Shown: positions 1 to 8,113, numbered from the stretch's first letter. The stretch: DNA of 18,039 nucleotides from a virus (IMGVR_UViG_2693429706_000001), one strand, 5' to 3'. A program made the numbers and translations. Notes: generated from the letters alone by a model not told the origin.

Positions 1-756
1 TTGAGTGCGGGACGCCTGAATAAAAAATCTCTGGGTATCGTGATGTTGTTATCGGTTGGACTGCTTTTGGCGGGCTGTTCGGGTAGCAAATCATCCGATA
101 CAGGAACGTATTCCGGCTCCGTTTACACCGTGAAACGGGGGGATACGCTATATCGTATTTCGCGCACCACGGGAACCAGCGTAAAAGAACTGGCGCGACT
201 GAACGGCATTTCCCCCCCTTACACCATTGAAGTTGGTCAGAAACTAAAACTGGGTGGGGCGAAAAGTAGCAGTATTACACGTAAATCAACCGCCAAATCA
301 ACGACCAAAACCGCATCGGTTACACCGTCATCAGCGGTACCGAAATCATCCTGGCCGCCAGTAGGGCAACGTTGTTGGTTATGGCCAACGACAGGGAAAG
401 TTATCATGCCGTATTCGACAGCAGATGGCGGCAATAAAGGGATTGATATCTCAGCTCCACGGGGTACACCTATTTACGCCGCGGGTGCAGGAAAGGTGGT
501 GTATGTGGGCAACCAGCTGCGTGGCTACGGTAATCTCATCATGATTAAACACAGTGAAGATTACATTACGGCTTACGCCCATAATGACACGATGCTGGTA
601 AATAATGGGCAAAGCGTGAAGGCTGGGCAAAAAATCGCCACTATGGGGAGCACGGATGCGGCATCTGTTCGCCTGCATTTCCAGATTCGTTACCGTGCAA
701 CGGCAATTGATCCGCTACGTTACTTGCCGCCGCAGGGCAGCAAGCCAAAATGCTGA
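1..756 (+). CDS. ygeR: LysM-domain / M23 (LytM)-family peptidase lipoprotein, YgeR-like
   Basis: 251-aa ORF with signal peptide ending in lipobox LLAGC, a LysM motif (YTVKRGDTLYRISR...LARLNGI) and a C-terminal M23-type peptidase region; lies directly upstream of tRNA-Gly as in the E. coli ygeR-glyU locus. First codon is TTG at window position 1, so the true start and upstream context are not visible. Confidence 0.85.
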   Translation: MSAGRLNKKSLGIVMLLSVGLLLAGCSGSKSSDTGTYSGSVYTVKRGDTLYRISRTTGTSVKELARLNGISPPYTIEVGQKLKLGGAKSSSITRKSTAKSTTKTASVTPSSAVPKSSWPPVGQRCWLWPTTGKVIMPYSTADGGNKGIDISAPRGTPIYAAGAGKVVYVGNQLRGYGNLIMIKHSEDYITAYAHNDTMLVNNGQSVKAGQKIATMGSTDAASVRLHFQIRYRATAIDPLRYLPPQGSKPKC

Positions 757-834
757 TGGCGAATTAATCAGCAGTCAGCAGCGCGGCACTTGCTAAGGAG
801 AGCGTAAGGTTTATAATGCCTTACGCATCTCGAA

Positions 835-908
835 GCGGGCGTAGTTCAATGGTAGAACGAGAGCTTCCCAAGCTCTATACGAGGGTTCGATTCCCTTCGC
901 CCGCTCCA
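835..908 (+). tRNA. glyU: tRNA-Gly (anticodon CCC)
   Basis: 74-nt sequence GCGGGCGTAGTTCAATGGTAGAACGAGAGCTTCCCAAGCTCTATACGAGGGTTCGATTCCCTTCGCCCGCTCCA with acceptor stem, D-loop, anticodon loop CTTCCCAAG, T-loop GGTTCGATTCC and encoded CCA end; matches my recollection of E. coli glyU. Confidence 0.92.
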
Positions 909-1308
909 ATTTATCTTCACCTCATCAATCTGCCATTTTTGCTGTATCTGATTTTCTATATTATCTTAATTCAATCGCTTCAGACTTTTCGCAATCGCCG
1001 TAATATTTCCCCATTTTGTTGTAAATAAAAAGCGTTTACGCAATGCAATCCTTTTGTAACAACCCAGGTAAAACACCTTATTTTCAAGTTGTTAAATAAG
1101 TGGTTATCTACGCTTTTAACAAACGATTGATGGAATATTTTATGAAAGGGAAATCTGCATTAACTCTTCTGCTCGCTGGTATATTTTCGTGCGGCACATG
1201 CCAGGCGACAGGGGCAGAAGTGACGAGTGAATCTGTATTTAACATTCGGTAATGACTCCAACTTATTGATAGTGTTTTATGTTCAGATAATGCCCGATGA
1301 CTTTGTCA

Positions 1309-1318
1309 NNNNNNNNNN
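1309..1318. other. assembly gap (run of 10 N)
   Basis: Ten consecutive n characters; the ORF track translates them as XXXX inside a minus-strand ORF. Confidence 0.99.
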
Positions 1319-1618
1319 TCCGACCAGACTCTGCAGGTCTTCCGCCATCGCGGTGACCATGCCGTGCAGGTTAGAAACCGTCAGTGTCGGACGGGCAGCA
1401 CTGCCCTTGCCGTTCAGTTCAAATCCCGTCCCCTGAATGGGATACGCCTGATACTGTCGCCCCTGCCAGGTGATCGGCTCACCTTTTTCGTTCTGCTCAT
1501 TACAGAAAAAATAACGTTCTCCACCGACCACTGTCAGATCGATTTCCCAGAGCACCACCTGGGCTGACTGAGTGAGGCGTGTCGTCTCATGATGTGTTTC
1601 CTGTGGAATATCCTGCAT
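1319..1618 (-). CDS. minor tail protein L, N-terminal part only (truncated by assembly gap)
   Basis: MQDIPQETHHETTRLTQSAQVVLWEIDLTVVGGERYFFCNEQNEKGEPITWQGRQYQAYPIQGTGFELNGKG... is near-identical in pattern to the lambda gpL N-terminus; AGGAG lies 6 nt upstream of the ATG at 1618. Reading frame runs into the N-run; residues translated beyond the gap do not resemble gpL. Confidence 0.8.
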
Positions 1619-1627
1619 CAGAGACTC

Positions 1628-1957
1628 CTATGCCACGACCTGTTCAAAATCTGCCGTTATGGTTACCCACAACGCCCCCACGCTTGCCGACCATTTACGA
1701 CAAACCACCCTGATCGGCTTCCAGTCATAAGGTGGCGTCCACTGAAATGCGCGGACGCCACCGTGCCGTTCCAGAAAGGCTTTTAAAGATGGGTGTTCAC
1801 ATTTACGAACACGTATCGTCACGCTGTAAGTCGACAACTGGTTATTCAGTCCCGCCGCACGACGCTGTTCATAACCATCGCCCAGCTTCACTGTCACCAC
1901 TTTCGGCTCTGATACCACATTCATATCCGGGCGCACTTTCCAGTGAAACGTCTCCAT
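1628..1957 (-). CDS. minor tail protein M
   Basis: 109-aa ORF METFHWKVRPDMNVVSEPKVVTVKLGDGYEQR...ADFEQVVA is collinear with lambda gpM (MKTFRWKV...EFEQVVN); its ATG overlaps the H stop codon by 1 nt (TAATG). Confidence 0.88.
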   Translation of the reverse strand: METFHWKVRPDMNVVSEPKVVTVKLGDGYEQRRAAGLNNQLSTYSVTIRVRKCEHPSLKAFLERHGGVRAFQWTPPYDWKPIRVVCRKWSASVGALWVTITADFEQVVA

Positions 1958-4900
1958 TACCGATATGCTCCACTTAACCGACCACCATCACGGGCCTGCT
2001 GTTGCATAAAGTCCGCTGCCGCTTTTTTCCCAAGGTCATAAACCACCTTCAGGGCAGCCGGACCTATCTGCCCGTTCGTGCCATCGTTATTGATCTCGAT
2101 GTTGTACTGCGGGGCAAACATCGCCATACCTGAACCACCAATATCCGCCACAACCCCCAGCTTACCGTCAGCACCACGACGCAGTGGCAGAATGGCTTCA
2201 GGTCCCGCTTCCCCCATCACACCCGCGCCTTTTGCAAAAGCAAAAAACGTCGGACGGTTAACCACCGTGCCACTGTAACGACTCAAATCAGCAGACTGAT
2301 AAATCCCCCCATTGGCATTCAGGGAAAGGCTGCTGAGATCAAATCCCAGTACACTGCCAATCCCTTTTATCGATTTCATCATGGTTGCCTGCGCCAGGAT
2401 TTTCGCCATATCTGACAGCACCGAAGAGGTGAAGGATTTGAAGTTGAGTTTGCCGGTAGTGACAAAAGTTGCCAGGCCATTTCCCATGTTGCTGAAGGCT
2501 GACGAGAACACCTGTTCTGCTGTTCCTGCCGTATTGTCTGCATCCACGGTAAAATCCTGAAATGCACGCAGGACTCCGTTTTTCCAGTTACCCTGCACAA
2601 CTTCAAGCTGTTGCCAGTAACGGCGATTCTCATTCAGTTGTCGGTTCAGGCTCTCCGTCAGCGCCTGCTCGGCCTTTCTGTAGTCATCCGTGTTATATGT
2701 CCCTTTCTGCTCACTATCCCGCCTCAACTGCTCCAGCTGTTGCTGGTATTTCTGGCGAAGACTCAGTTGTACCTGATATCGCTGCCGCTGCTGATCACCC
2801 ATACCCACCGTGGCGATATCCAGGTCATGTTGCTGACGCTGAGCGAGCTCTTCTTCAGCCAGTTGACTGGTCAGCTGAATTGTTTTTTTCTTCAGATCGT
2901 TGAGTGCCGTCTGTTTCTGAAGCTCCTGCTGTTTTACATCCAGCAGCGTCAGTGCCTGAATCAGTTCATCTTTACGGGCCAGCACACTCTTTTCATCTGC
3001 CGTCAGTTTTTTCCCGTCCAGATCGCTGATGCGCTGCTGCAGAGCCAGAAGCTGTTTATGCGCTTCTGTCATCTTTTCAGTGGCAATGCCTGCTGACTGT
3101 CTTGCAGCAGCAATCTGTCCTTCCACCTGTGCCTGTTGCTGACTGTACTGCAGCAATAACCGGGTGGCCTCATCATTACGGGTTTCGCGTGTTTTTTTCT
3201 TACCGGATGCCAGGGCTTTCTCGTAACGTTCATTTTCACGTTGTATCGCTGCATCCCTGACAGCCTGATCGGCGTACTGCATGGCATTAATACGCGCAAT
3301 TTCACGCTGATGTCGTGCTGCTTCCGTTTCATTCATCCGGTTCAGTGCAGCATTTTCAGCATTACGTCGTTTCTGTTGCTCCTGATAATTCCGCTCTGCC
3401 TGCTCTTTTGCATCCTGCAAATCCTTCTGGCGTTTTTTCTCCTGAAGATCGTTAAGACGCTGCTGATCGTATTCAACCTGAGAAGATGATGCCGTCCAGG
3501 GGAGTCTTTTCGCCCGCGACACTTTCTCCTGTAAAGCGGCAATCTGTTCATCCAGCGAGTCTTCACGACCAATATTCATGGCCGCATCCCAGAAACGACT
3601 CCATAAATCAGACAGATACTTCAGCGTACTGCCAAGCGCATTGAGGTTATTATCAATATCCGCAGTACGCCGACCGGTTTCCTCTGCCAGTGCAGACATG
3701 GCTATCCGTGCAGCATCACTGGACCGTCCCTGATCCCCAAGGACACGTATCTGCTCAAGCTGAGTGGCAGTAAGAAAATGCAGCTCATTGTCCAGAGCCT
3801 TCGCGGCATTTACAGGATCATCCTTCAGCCGCTTAAACTGATTTATGGTATCGCTGACCGACTGGCCAACCGATCGCTCCATCTGTGCGGCAGCTCTCGC
3901 CACCATACCGATATCGTTTCCACGAAATGCACCACTCCCCACCACCTGAGCCAGCACACCGGCTGCAGCATGTTGCGTGATACCATTCCCGGAAATAGCA
4001 CGACTGAGCGTCCACAGCTGCCCGGCAGTGACTCCGGCATAATGCCCCGTCAGCGACAACTGGCGGTTAAATTCTTCCCCCTCCTTCTGACCGTCATACC
4101 AGGCTTTACCCAGACCATAGACGGACGCGGCAATACCGCCAATAACCCCGCCAAGCATCATGCCTTTCGGTGACATCAGAGTGTCTATCCATCCGGCACG
4201 GTTAGCCAGCGTTATCCCGGATCCCCTCAGCGCCCCTAAATTGCCGCGGGCCAGTTCACCTATCAGAACGCCTATCTCCTGGCGGGCCGCTGCACTTTTC
4301 AGACCCAGCGAATGCGTGGCTTTTCCTGCCTGCTCCATTTTGCGGATATACACTTCTGCAGCACTGCTTACCCCCAGCTGGGCAGCCTTAGCACGAAGCA
4401 ACTCAGAAGAAGAAAGATTCTGGCGGGTTGCCTGCTCTTTAAGCTGACGGATAAACGCCACTTTCTGTCGGGTAGCCTCTTCCTCAGCCTGCGTAAGAAC
4501 ACGGGTTTTCGCCGTAACCTCAGAAATCAGCGCCAGATAATCCTGCTGACCAATCCCGCCACTGTTTCTGGCCTGTCGGATCTGCTGCTGAATACGCTGT
4601 AATTCCTGCAGCCCCGCACTGGCCTGTTTCACACTGTCAATCTGACGATAAAACGCAGCAGCTGCTTTATCCTGAGCCTCCGCCAGAGCCATGGCCTGCG
4701 CCTGTTCCTCGCGCATTTTCTGGCTCAGTGCCTCCATACGCTGGCGGGTTTTCTCCACCTCGCGGGCCATGCGTTCATGAGCCTGTGCGTTCTTCTCCAC
4801 CGTCTGCGCATGGACGGATGCGGCTGTTGCAGCCGAAGACGCCGCCTGCGTTGTCTGCCGGGCGGCCTGAGTCTGACGCTCCATAAAACGCTGCATACGG

Positions 4901-5022
4901 GCAGAAGACCGTTCTGCATCGCTGGCTGCACCATTCAGAAGGTTTTTGATACGGGGAATTTCATTTTTAAACTCTGCCGCATCAATCCCCAAATCAATGA
5001 CCAGGTTGGCTATCTGGTCCAT
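1957..5022 (-). CDS. tail tape measure protein (lambda gpH-like), about 1021 aa
   Basis: Very long ORF with an extended Q/E/R/A-rich coiled-coil centre and the lambda-H-like C-terminus ...NDGTNGQIGPAALKVVYDLGKK.... Start placed at ATG 5022 (MDQIANLVIDLGIDAAEF, aligning with lambda H MAEPVGDLVVDLSLDAARF) with GGAGG 8 nt upstream; the ORF-track start at 5052 is a TTG. Confidence 0.9.
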   Translation of the reverse strand: MDQIANLVIDLGIDAAEFKNEIPRIKNLLNGAASDAERSSARMQRFMERQTQAARQTTQAASSAATAASVHAQTVEKNAQAHERMAREVEKTRQRMEALSQKMREEQAQAMALAEAQDKAAAAFYRQIDSVKQASAGLQELQRIQQQIRQARNSGGIGQQDYLALISEVTAKTRVLTQAEEEATRQKVAFIRQLKEQATRQNLSSSELLRAKAAQLGVSSAAEVYIRKMEQAGKATHSLGLKSAAARQEIGVLIGELARGNLGALRGSGITLANRAGWIDTLMSPKGMMLGGVIGGIAASVYGLGKAWYDGQKEGEEFNRQLSLTGHYAGVTAGQLWTLSRAISGNGITQHAAAGVLAQVVGSGAFRGNDIGMVARAAAQMERSVGQSVSDTINQFKRLKDDPVNAAKALDNELHFLTATQLEQIRVLGDQGRSSDAARIAMSALAEETGRRTADIDNNLNALGSTLKYLSDLWSRFWDAAMNIGREDSLDEQIAALQEKVSRAKRLPWTASSSQVEYDQQRLNDLQEKKRQKDLQDAKEQAERNYQEQQKRRNAENAALNRMNETEAARHQREIARINAMQYADQAVRDAAIQRENERYEKALASGKKKTRETRNDEATRLLLQYSQQQAQVEGQIAAARQSAGIATEKMTEAHKQLLALQQRISDLDGKKLTADEKSVLARKDELIQALTLLDVKQQELQKQTALNDLKKKTIQLTSQLAEEELAQRQQHDLDIATVGMGDQQRQRYQVQLSLRQKYQQQLEQLRRDSEQKGTYNTDDYRKAEQALTESLNRQLNENRRYWQQLEVVQGNWKNGVLRAFQDFTVDADNTAGTAEQVFSSAFSNMGNGLATFVTTGKLNFKSFTSSVLSDMAKILAQATMMKSIKGIGSVLGFDLSSLSLNANGGIYQSADLSRYSGTVVNRPTFFAFAKGAGVMGEAGPEAILPLRRGADGKLGVVADIGGSGMAMFAPQYNIEINNDGTNGQIGPAALKVVYDLGKKAAADFMQQQARDGGRLSGAYR

Positions 5023-5718
5023 AACGCACACCTCCGGAAATACCTTCCCCAAGATGCATCAGTTCTTCGTCCGTTCGCTCCGGTATCCCGTTCTCTTCCG
5101 GTAAAAGGCTGAAATCAGCCACCGCAGCATCACTGCTGCCGGACACCATTCTCACGATCAATGCCTTCAGCGAGGCAAACTGCGCATCCATCCACACATC
5201 ACTGAAGCTCTGCATCCGGAAATAATCGCCCCACTCACCAAGCTCAGTGGCCGACATTTCCGACAGCATCCGCCGCCAGTCTGCCCGCCTGAACTCCCGG
5301 GCAAGCCGCATGACAAACTGCATTTCCCGCGTCAGGACTTTTCCGGCGTCAGCACCTCATGCTCCAAATCCCCGGCATTCTCAATGGCTCCCATACCGCT
5401 CAGCGACAGAACCATCTCCGCCCCCGCTCCCAGGGCATCATACGACCATGTTGTAATAACGGATGCGCAAAGCGTCTCAACATCCTGAGACTGTTCCGCA
5501 TTCCACAGTGAGCGGGAAACCAGCCAGGCATTGATATCCATCCCCATCCGCAGAAAAGCAATCTGTCGTTCAGCCTCCGGCAGTTCTCCCTCTTCGGCAT
5601 CAAACTTTGCCGTTCGCTGCTGAACAAACGCCAGATATTCAATTCTCTGCAGCCCGGACAGCTCACTGAGCACCACGGACTGCTTTTCATAATTAAACGT
5701 GCCCTGTTTCAGAAACAT
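4994..5718 (-). CDS. tail assembly chaperone G-T fusion, made by programmed -1 ribosomal frameshift near the end of G
   Basis: The T-like ORF (MQFVMRLAREFRRADWRR...) is in the -1 frame relative to G, is open from 5356, and overlaps the 3' end of G; a slippery-type heptamer GGAAAAG sits at 5344..5338. Same architecture as lambda G/GT. Confidence 0.7.
5332..5718 (-). CDS. tail assembly chaperone G
   Basis: MFLKQGTFNYEKQSVVLSELSGLQRIEYLA... aligns with lambda gpG (MFLKTESFEHNGVTVTLSELSALQRIEHLA...). Start chosen at the second ATG of ATGATG (5718), 6 nt after GGAG; the ORF-track start at 5760 is TTG and spans a terminator hairpin. Confidence 0.85.
   Translation of the reverse strand: MFLKQGTFNYEKQSVVLSELSGLQRIEYLAFVQQRTAKFDAEEGELPEAERQIAFLRMGMDINAWLVSRSLWNAEQSQDVETLCASVITTWSYDALGAGAEMVLSLSGMGAIENAGDLEHEVLTPEKS
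5338..5344 (-). other. candidate -1 frameshift slippery heptamer GGAAAAG (G GAA AAG in the G frame)
   Basis: Minus-strand sequence CCG GAA AAG TCC TGA closes G; shifting -1 gives GGA AAA GTC CTG ACG ..., which continues into T. The lambda site is GGGAAAG, one base different. Confidence 0.55.
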
Positions 5719-5734
5719 CATGTTCTCCACCTGC

Positions 5735-5758
5735 AAAAAAGCCCCGGATAACCGGGGC
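5735..5758 (-). terminator. intrinsic (rho-independent) terminator between V and G
   Basis: Minus-strand GCCCCGG-TTAT-CCGGGGC (perfect 7-bp GC stem, 4-nt loop) followed directly by TTTTTT; lies in the 57-nt V-G intergenic space. Confidence 0.7.
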
Positions 5759-5778
5759 AAATGATGAGTATCGTCCTG

Positions 5779-6522
5779 TTAACCTGCGGCGCTGACAGCC
5801 ACCGCAGCCACTGCCACAAAATCGCCGTCAGAAGTCATGCCCACAATGCTGACACTGCCCTGCTTCACGCCTTTCACCGTGGCCACAAGCCCGTTCAGGG
5901 TCACCGTGGCAGTCTGTGGATCTGTCGAATGCACACTGATCGCTTTGTCACTGGCTCCGTCAGGTTTTACTGTAAAGGTCAGCGTGGTGGTTGCTCCCAC
6001 TTTTACACTGGCAGATGCCGGTGCCACCGTCAGCCCGGTAACGCTCACTGTTTCAGTGCCTTCCTCTGCCAGATACGGACGCCCCACACCGCTGATTTTC
6101 ACTGTGTGGGTCATCACGTCTTTTGAGGCAATGGTTTTACCCAGTGAGCTCAGCCAGCCACGGAAAACATCAACAGTGCCGTTGGGATATTTGATACGAA
6201 ACGCGCAGACTTCACCGGAGTCGAACAACTGAACCAGTTTTTTCTGTCCGCTGTCACCCGGACGCCAGGCCAGCGTCGCCGAAGTATCACCGACGGATTT
6301 CTGCCCCTGGGTTGTCGTTTTCCAGTCTGCATCTTCATCATCGAGATAAGTGTCATCTTCTGCATCAGCGGTCATTTCGCCAGGTTGCAGATCCTTCACC
6401 ATCGCAAGACGCAGCCAGTCAGTGTCCGATAAAGGGTTCGCAAACGCATCGCCCTTGCCGGTGTACATCCAGAACGTCGTTCCCGCACCTTTCGTTTTTG
6501 CCAGTGGATTTGGTGTGGTCAT
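5779..6522 (-). CDS. major tail protein V with C-terminal Ig-like (Big_2-type) domain
   Basis: ...KTKGAGTTFWMYTGKGDAFANPLSDTDWLRLAMVKDL...DDEDADWKTTTQGQKSVGDTSATLAW... is collinear with lambda gpV; the C-terminal region (VTGLTVAPASASVKVGATTTLTFTVKPDGASDK...) is Ig-like. Start at ATG 6522, 6 nt after AAGGAG; the ORF-track first codon is GTG. Confidence 0.9.
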   Translation of the reverse strand: MTTPNPLAKTKGAGTTFWMYTGKGDAFANPLSDTDWLRLAMVKDLQPGEMTADAEDDTYLDDEDADWKTTTQGQKSVGDTSATLAWRPGDSGQKKLVQLFDSGEVCAFRIKYPNGTVDVFRGWLSSLGKTIASKDVMTHTVKISGVGRPYLAEEGTETVSVTGLTVAPASASVKVGATTTLTFTVKPDGASDKAISVHSTDPQTATVTLNGLVATVKGVKQGSVSIVGMTSDGDFVAVAAVAVSAAG

Positions 6523-6533
6523 TGCCACCTCCT

Positions 6534-6935
6534 TTAATTCGTGTACGTGATCTGGTACGTGATTTCCGCCATCGCCCAGGTGGCCATCTCATTATCACGT
6601 TGATAGTTAAAACCGAGAGGGATCAGGGTGTCGATGAGTCCGGAAAGTGCCGGTATATCATTCAGAGCCGGGAAAATGGTGCTCTCCATCCACATATCCA
6701 GCTCTGAATCCGGTGCCTGTGCCCGGATGAAGACAGCAATATGCAGAACAGCCTGCCAGTCATCTTCATCCGTCATTTTTCCGGTGTACTGAGCATCACT
6801 CAGCCACACCGCCACGGCAGGCAGTTCCTGCGCATCAATAAATGCCGGAAGCCCGTCAAAAAACGTGGCGCTGTCTCCACACTGTTCCCGAAGGCGTGCC
6901 AGTACGGCCTGGCGGATTTGTGTATGTCGGTTCAT
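6534..6935 (-). CDS. minor tail protein U (tail terminator)
   Basis: MNRHTQIRQAVLARLREQCGDSATFFDGLPAFIDAQELPAVAVWLSDAQYTG...ITYQITY aligns with lambda gpU along its length; the ATG overlaps the Z stop (ATGA). Confidence 0.88.
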   Translation of the reverse strand: MNRHTQIRQAVLARLREQCGDSATFFDGLPAFIDAQELPAVAVWLSDAQYTGKMTDEDDWQAVLHIAVFIRAQAPDSELDMWMESTIFPALNDIPALSGLIDTLIPLGFNYQRDNEMATWAMAEITYQITYTN

Positions 6936-7510
6936 CGGGTCAGCCATAACCTCAGTTGTTGTTTCAGTGCATACCCCAGCTGTTTCGGCATTTCCGCAGC
7001 AATGATGCGGTCGCGGGCATCTTCAAATGCCTGTGTCAGCGGTCCGGAAAGCGGGATTTTCACCACATCAATGGGGTAACGATTTTTGCCATCAATACGC
7101 CGCATCACATGCCAGCGACCATTCGCCAGTTGCTGAATAAACGCATCCCGGAAAAGATATTTACCCACCTTCAGCACACTGCCACGGTACTGCAGTTTTC
7201 CACCACGCCGGGCCAGTCTGACCCGGGCTGTCCCCAGCTTAATGGCGGGCAGATTGCCCCGGTTAACGCGGATCCTGGCCGTCATTTTTCCTGACGGACT
7301 GGCTTTAAACACCCGGACACGCTGACGTACCAGTTTCAGGGGGATCCCTTTCACCTGGTTATCTCCCGCAACGGTATTCCCGGCAACCTGCCGGGTGGCA
7401 ACCGAGACCGCTTTCTGTGCCACACGGTTTATCGCCCATGCGCTGGCCTGTGGCACCATACGGGTATCAAGGCTGTTCAGATTGCGGATGGCATTCTCAA
7501 GCCCCTTCAT
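6932..7510 (-). CDS. minor tail protein Z (lambda gpZ family)
   Basis: 192-aa ORF (same length as lambda gpZ) located between the FII-like and U genes; AGAGGTG Shine-Dalgarno lies upstream of ATG 7510. Confidence 0.8.
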   Translation of the reverse strand: MKGLENAIRNLNSLDTRMVPQASAWAINRVAQKAVSVATRQVAGNTVAGDNQVKGIPLKLVRQRVRVFKASPSGKMTARIRVNRGNLPAIKLGTARVRLARRGGKLQYRGSVLKVGKYLFRDAFIQQLANGRWHVMRRIDGKNRYPIDVVKIPLSGPLTQAFEDARDRIIAAEMPKQLGYALKQQLRLWLTR

Positions 7511-7521
7511 CCCACACCTCT

Positions 7522-7797
7522 TTACTCAATAAAGATCATTGGCTTACCGTTAAAACGTTCATGCCGTGTGACCGTCCATTGTTGTCCGTCATAAACAACG
7601 CGATCCCCGCGCCGTGGGCGGTATCCCGAAGAAAACACCACCAGAGAGACCGCAGGTCCGGACAGAGCATTCAGCTCTGCCAGTGTTTCGCCCGGGATCA
7701 CAGCCATATCGACATCATTAATCGAGGCTGTCTTTCCCATCTTTCTGACCGTGATCGCATCCATACGCGCTGCCAGCCGGGAAAAGGGATCAGACAT
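7522..7797 (-). CDS. head-tail joining / tail attachment protein (lambda FII-like)
   Basis: 91-aa ORF in the FII position; weak pattern similarity to lambda FII (N-terminal F-x-x-L-x-x-A, PRRGD...W.V.R motif). Confidence 0.6.
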   Translation of the reverse strand: MSDPFSRLAARMDAITVRKMGKTASINDVDMAVIPGETLAELNALSGPAVSLVVFSSGYRPRRGDRVVYDGQQWTVTRHERFNGKPMIFIE

Positions 7798-8113
7798 TGA
7801 GTTTTACCGGCACTTCTTCTGCACTGGTTCCGGCATCTGCCCAGACAACCCCGACCAGCGGATCAGAGCCGCTGTTAGTCAGCTGAACTTTTCCGGACTT
7901 CAGATAAACCTTCTTACCCGTTTTCATGTCATCCGTTTTCAGTTTAGGCAGGATAAACACACCTTCGGTCATGCCGTCGCCTGTTTCACCCTGTGGAATA
8001 TCGGTCAGCGCCACCGCAAAAACATCACCCACCTGCACCAGATCTCCGCTGCTGATGGCTGCACTGGCAACAATCGCCACCGTTTTTCCTTCTTCTACAA
8101 AATTCTTTGCCAT
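7790..8113 (-). CDS. DUF2190-family small head protein (possible decoration/stabilisation protein)
   Basis: MAKNFVEEGKTVAIVASAAISSGDLVQVGDVFAVALTDIPQGETGDGMTEGVFILPK...; GGAGA lies 5 nt upstream of ATG 8113. The longer ORF-track start at 8158 would run through two hairpins. The family name is from memory. Confidence 0.6.
   Translation of the reverse strand: MAKNFVEEGKTVAIVASAAISSGDLVQVGDVFAVALTDIPQGETGDGMTEGVFILPKLKTDDMKTGKKVYLKSGKVQLTNSGSDPLVGVVWADAGTSAEEVPVKLNV

Noticed and set aside
237-678. Minus-strand ORFs (65 and 75 aa) antisense to ygeR
   Set aside because: Fully embedded antisense to a well-supported gene, with no start-site signals.
816-1028. 70-aa plus-strand ORF overlapping the tRNA-Gly gene
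   Set aside because: It reads through a structured tRNA gene and continues into an AT-rich intergenic region with a low-complexity product; almost certainly spurious.
1227-1618. ORF-track frames 1227..1436 (+) and the 1283..1318 extension of the gpL ORF, both running through the N-run
   Set aside because: They are translated across ten unknown bases (XXXX in the track); sequence on the two sides of the gap need not be contiguous, so only 1319-1618 is accepted as gpL.
2078-4602. Multiple plus- and minus-strand ORFs of 60-160 aa inside the tape measure gene
   Set aside because: All are embedded in or antisense to a 3-kb ORF with a lambda-H-like terminus; the repetitive, GC-skewed coiled-coil coding sequence readily generates long accidental frames.
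5400-5690. 96-aa minus-strand ORF in an alternative frame within gene G
   Set aside because: No signal peptide or start-site context; the only overlapping frame I credit in this region is the -1 T frame.
5761-6707. Plus-strand ORFs of 66-131 aa antisense to the major tail gene V and to U
   Set aside because: Antisense to strongly supported lambda-like genes; products are low complexity and Cys/His-rich in a random-looking way.
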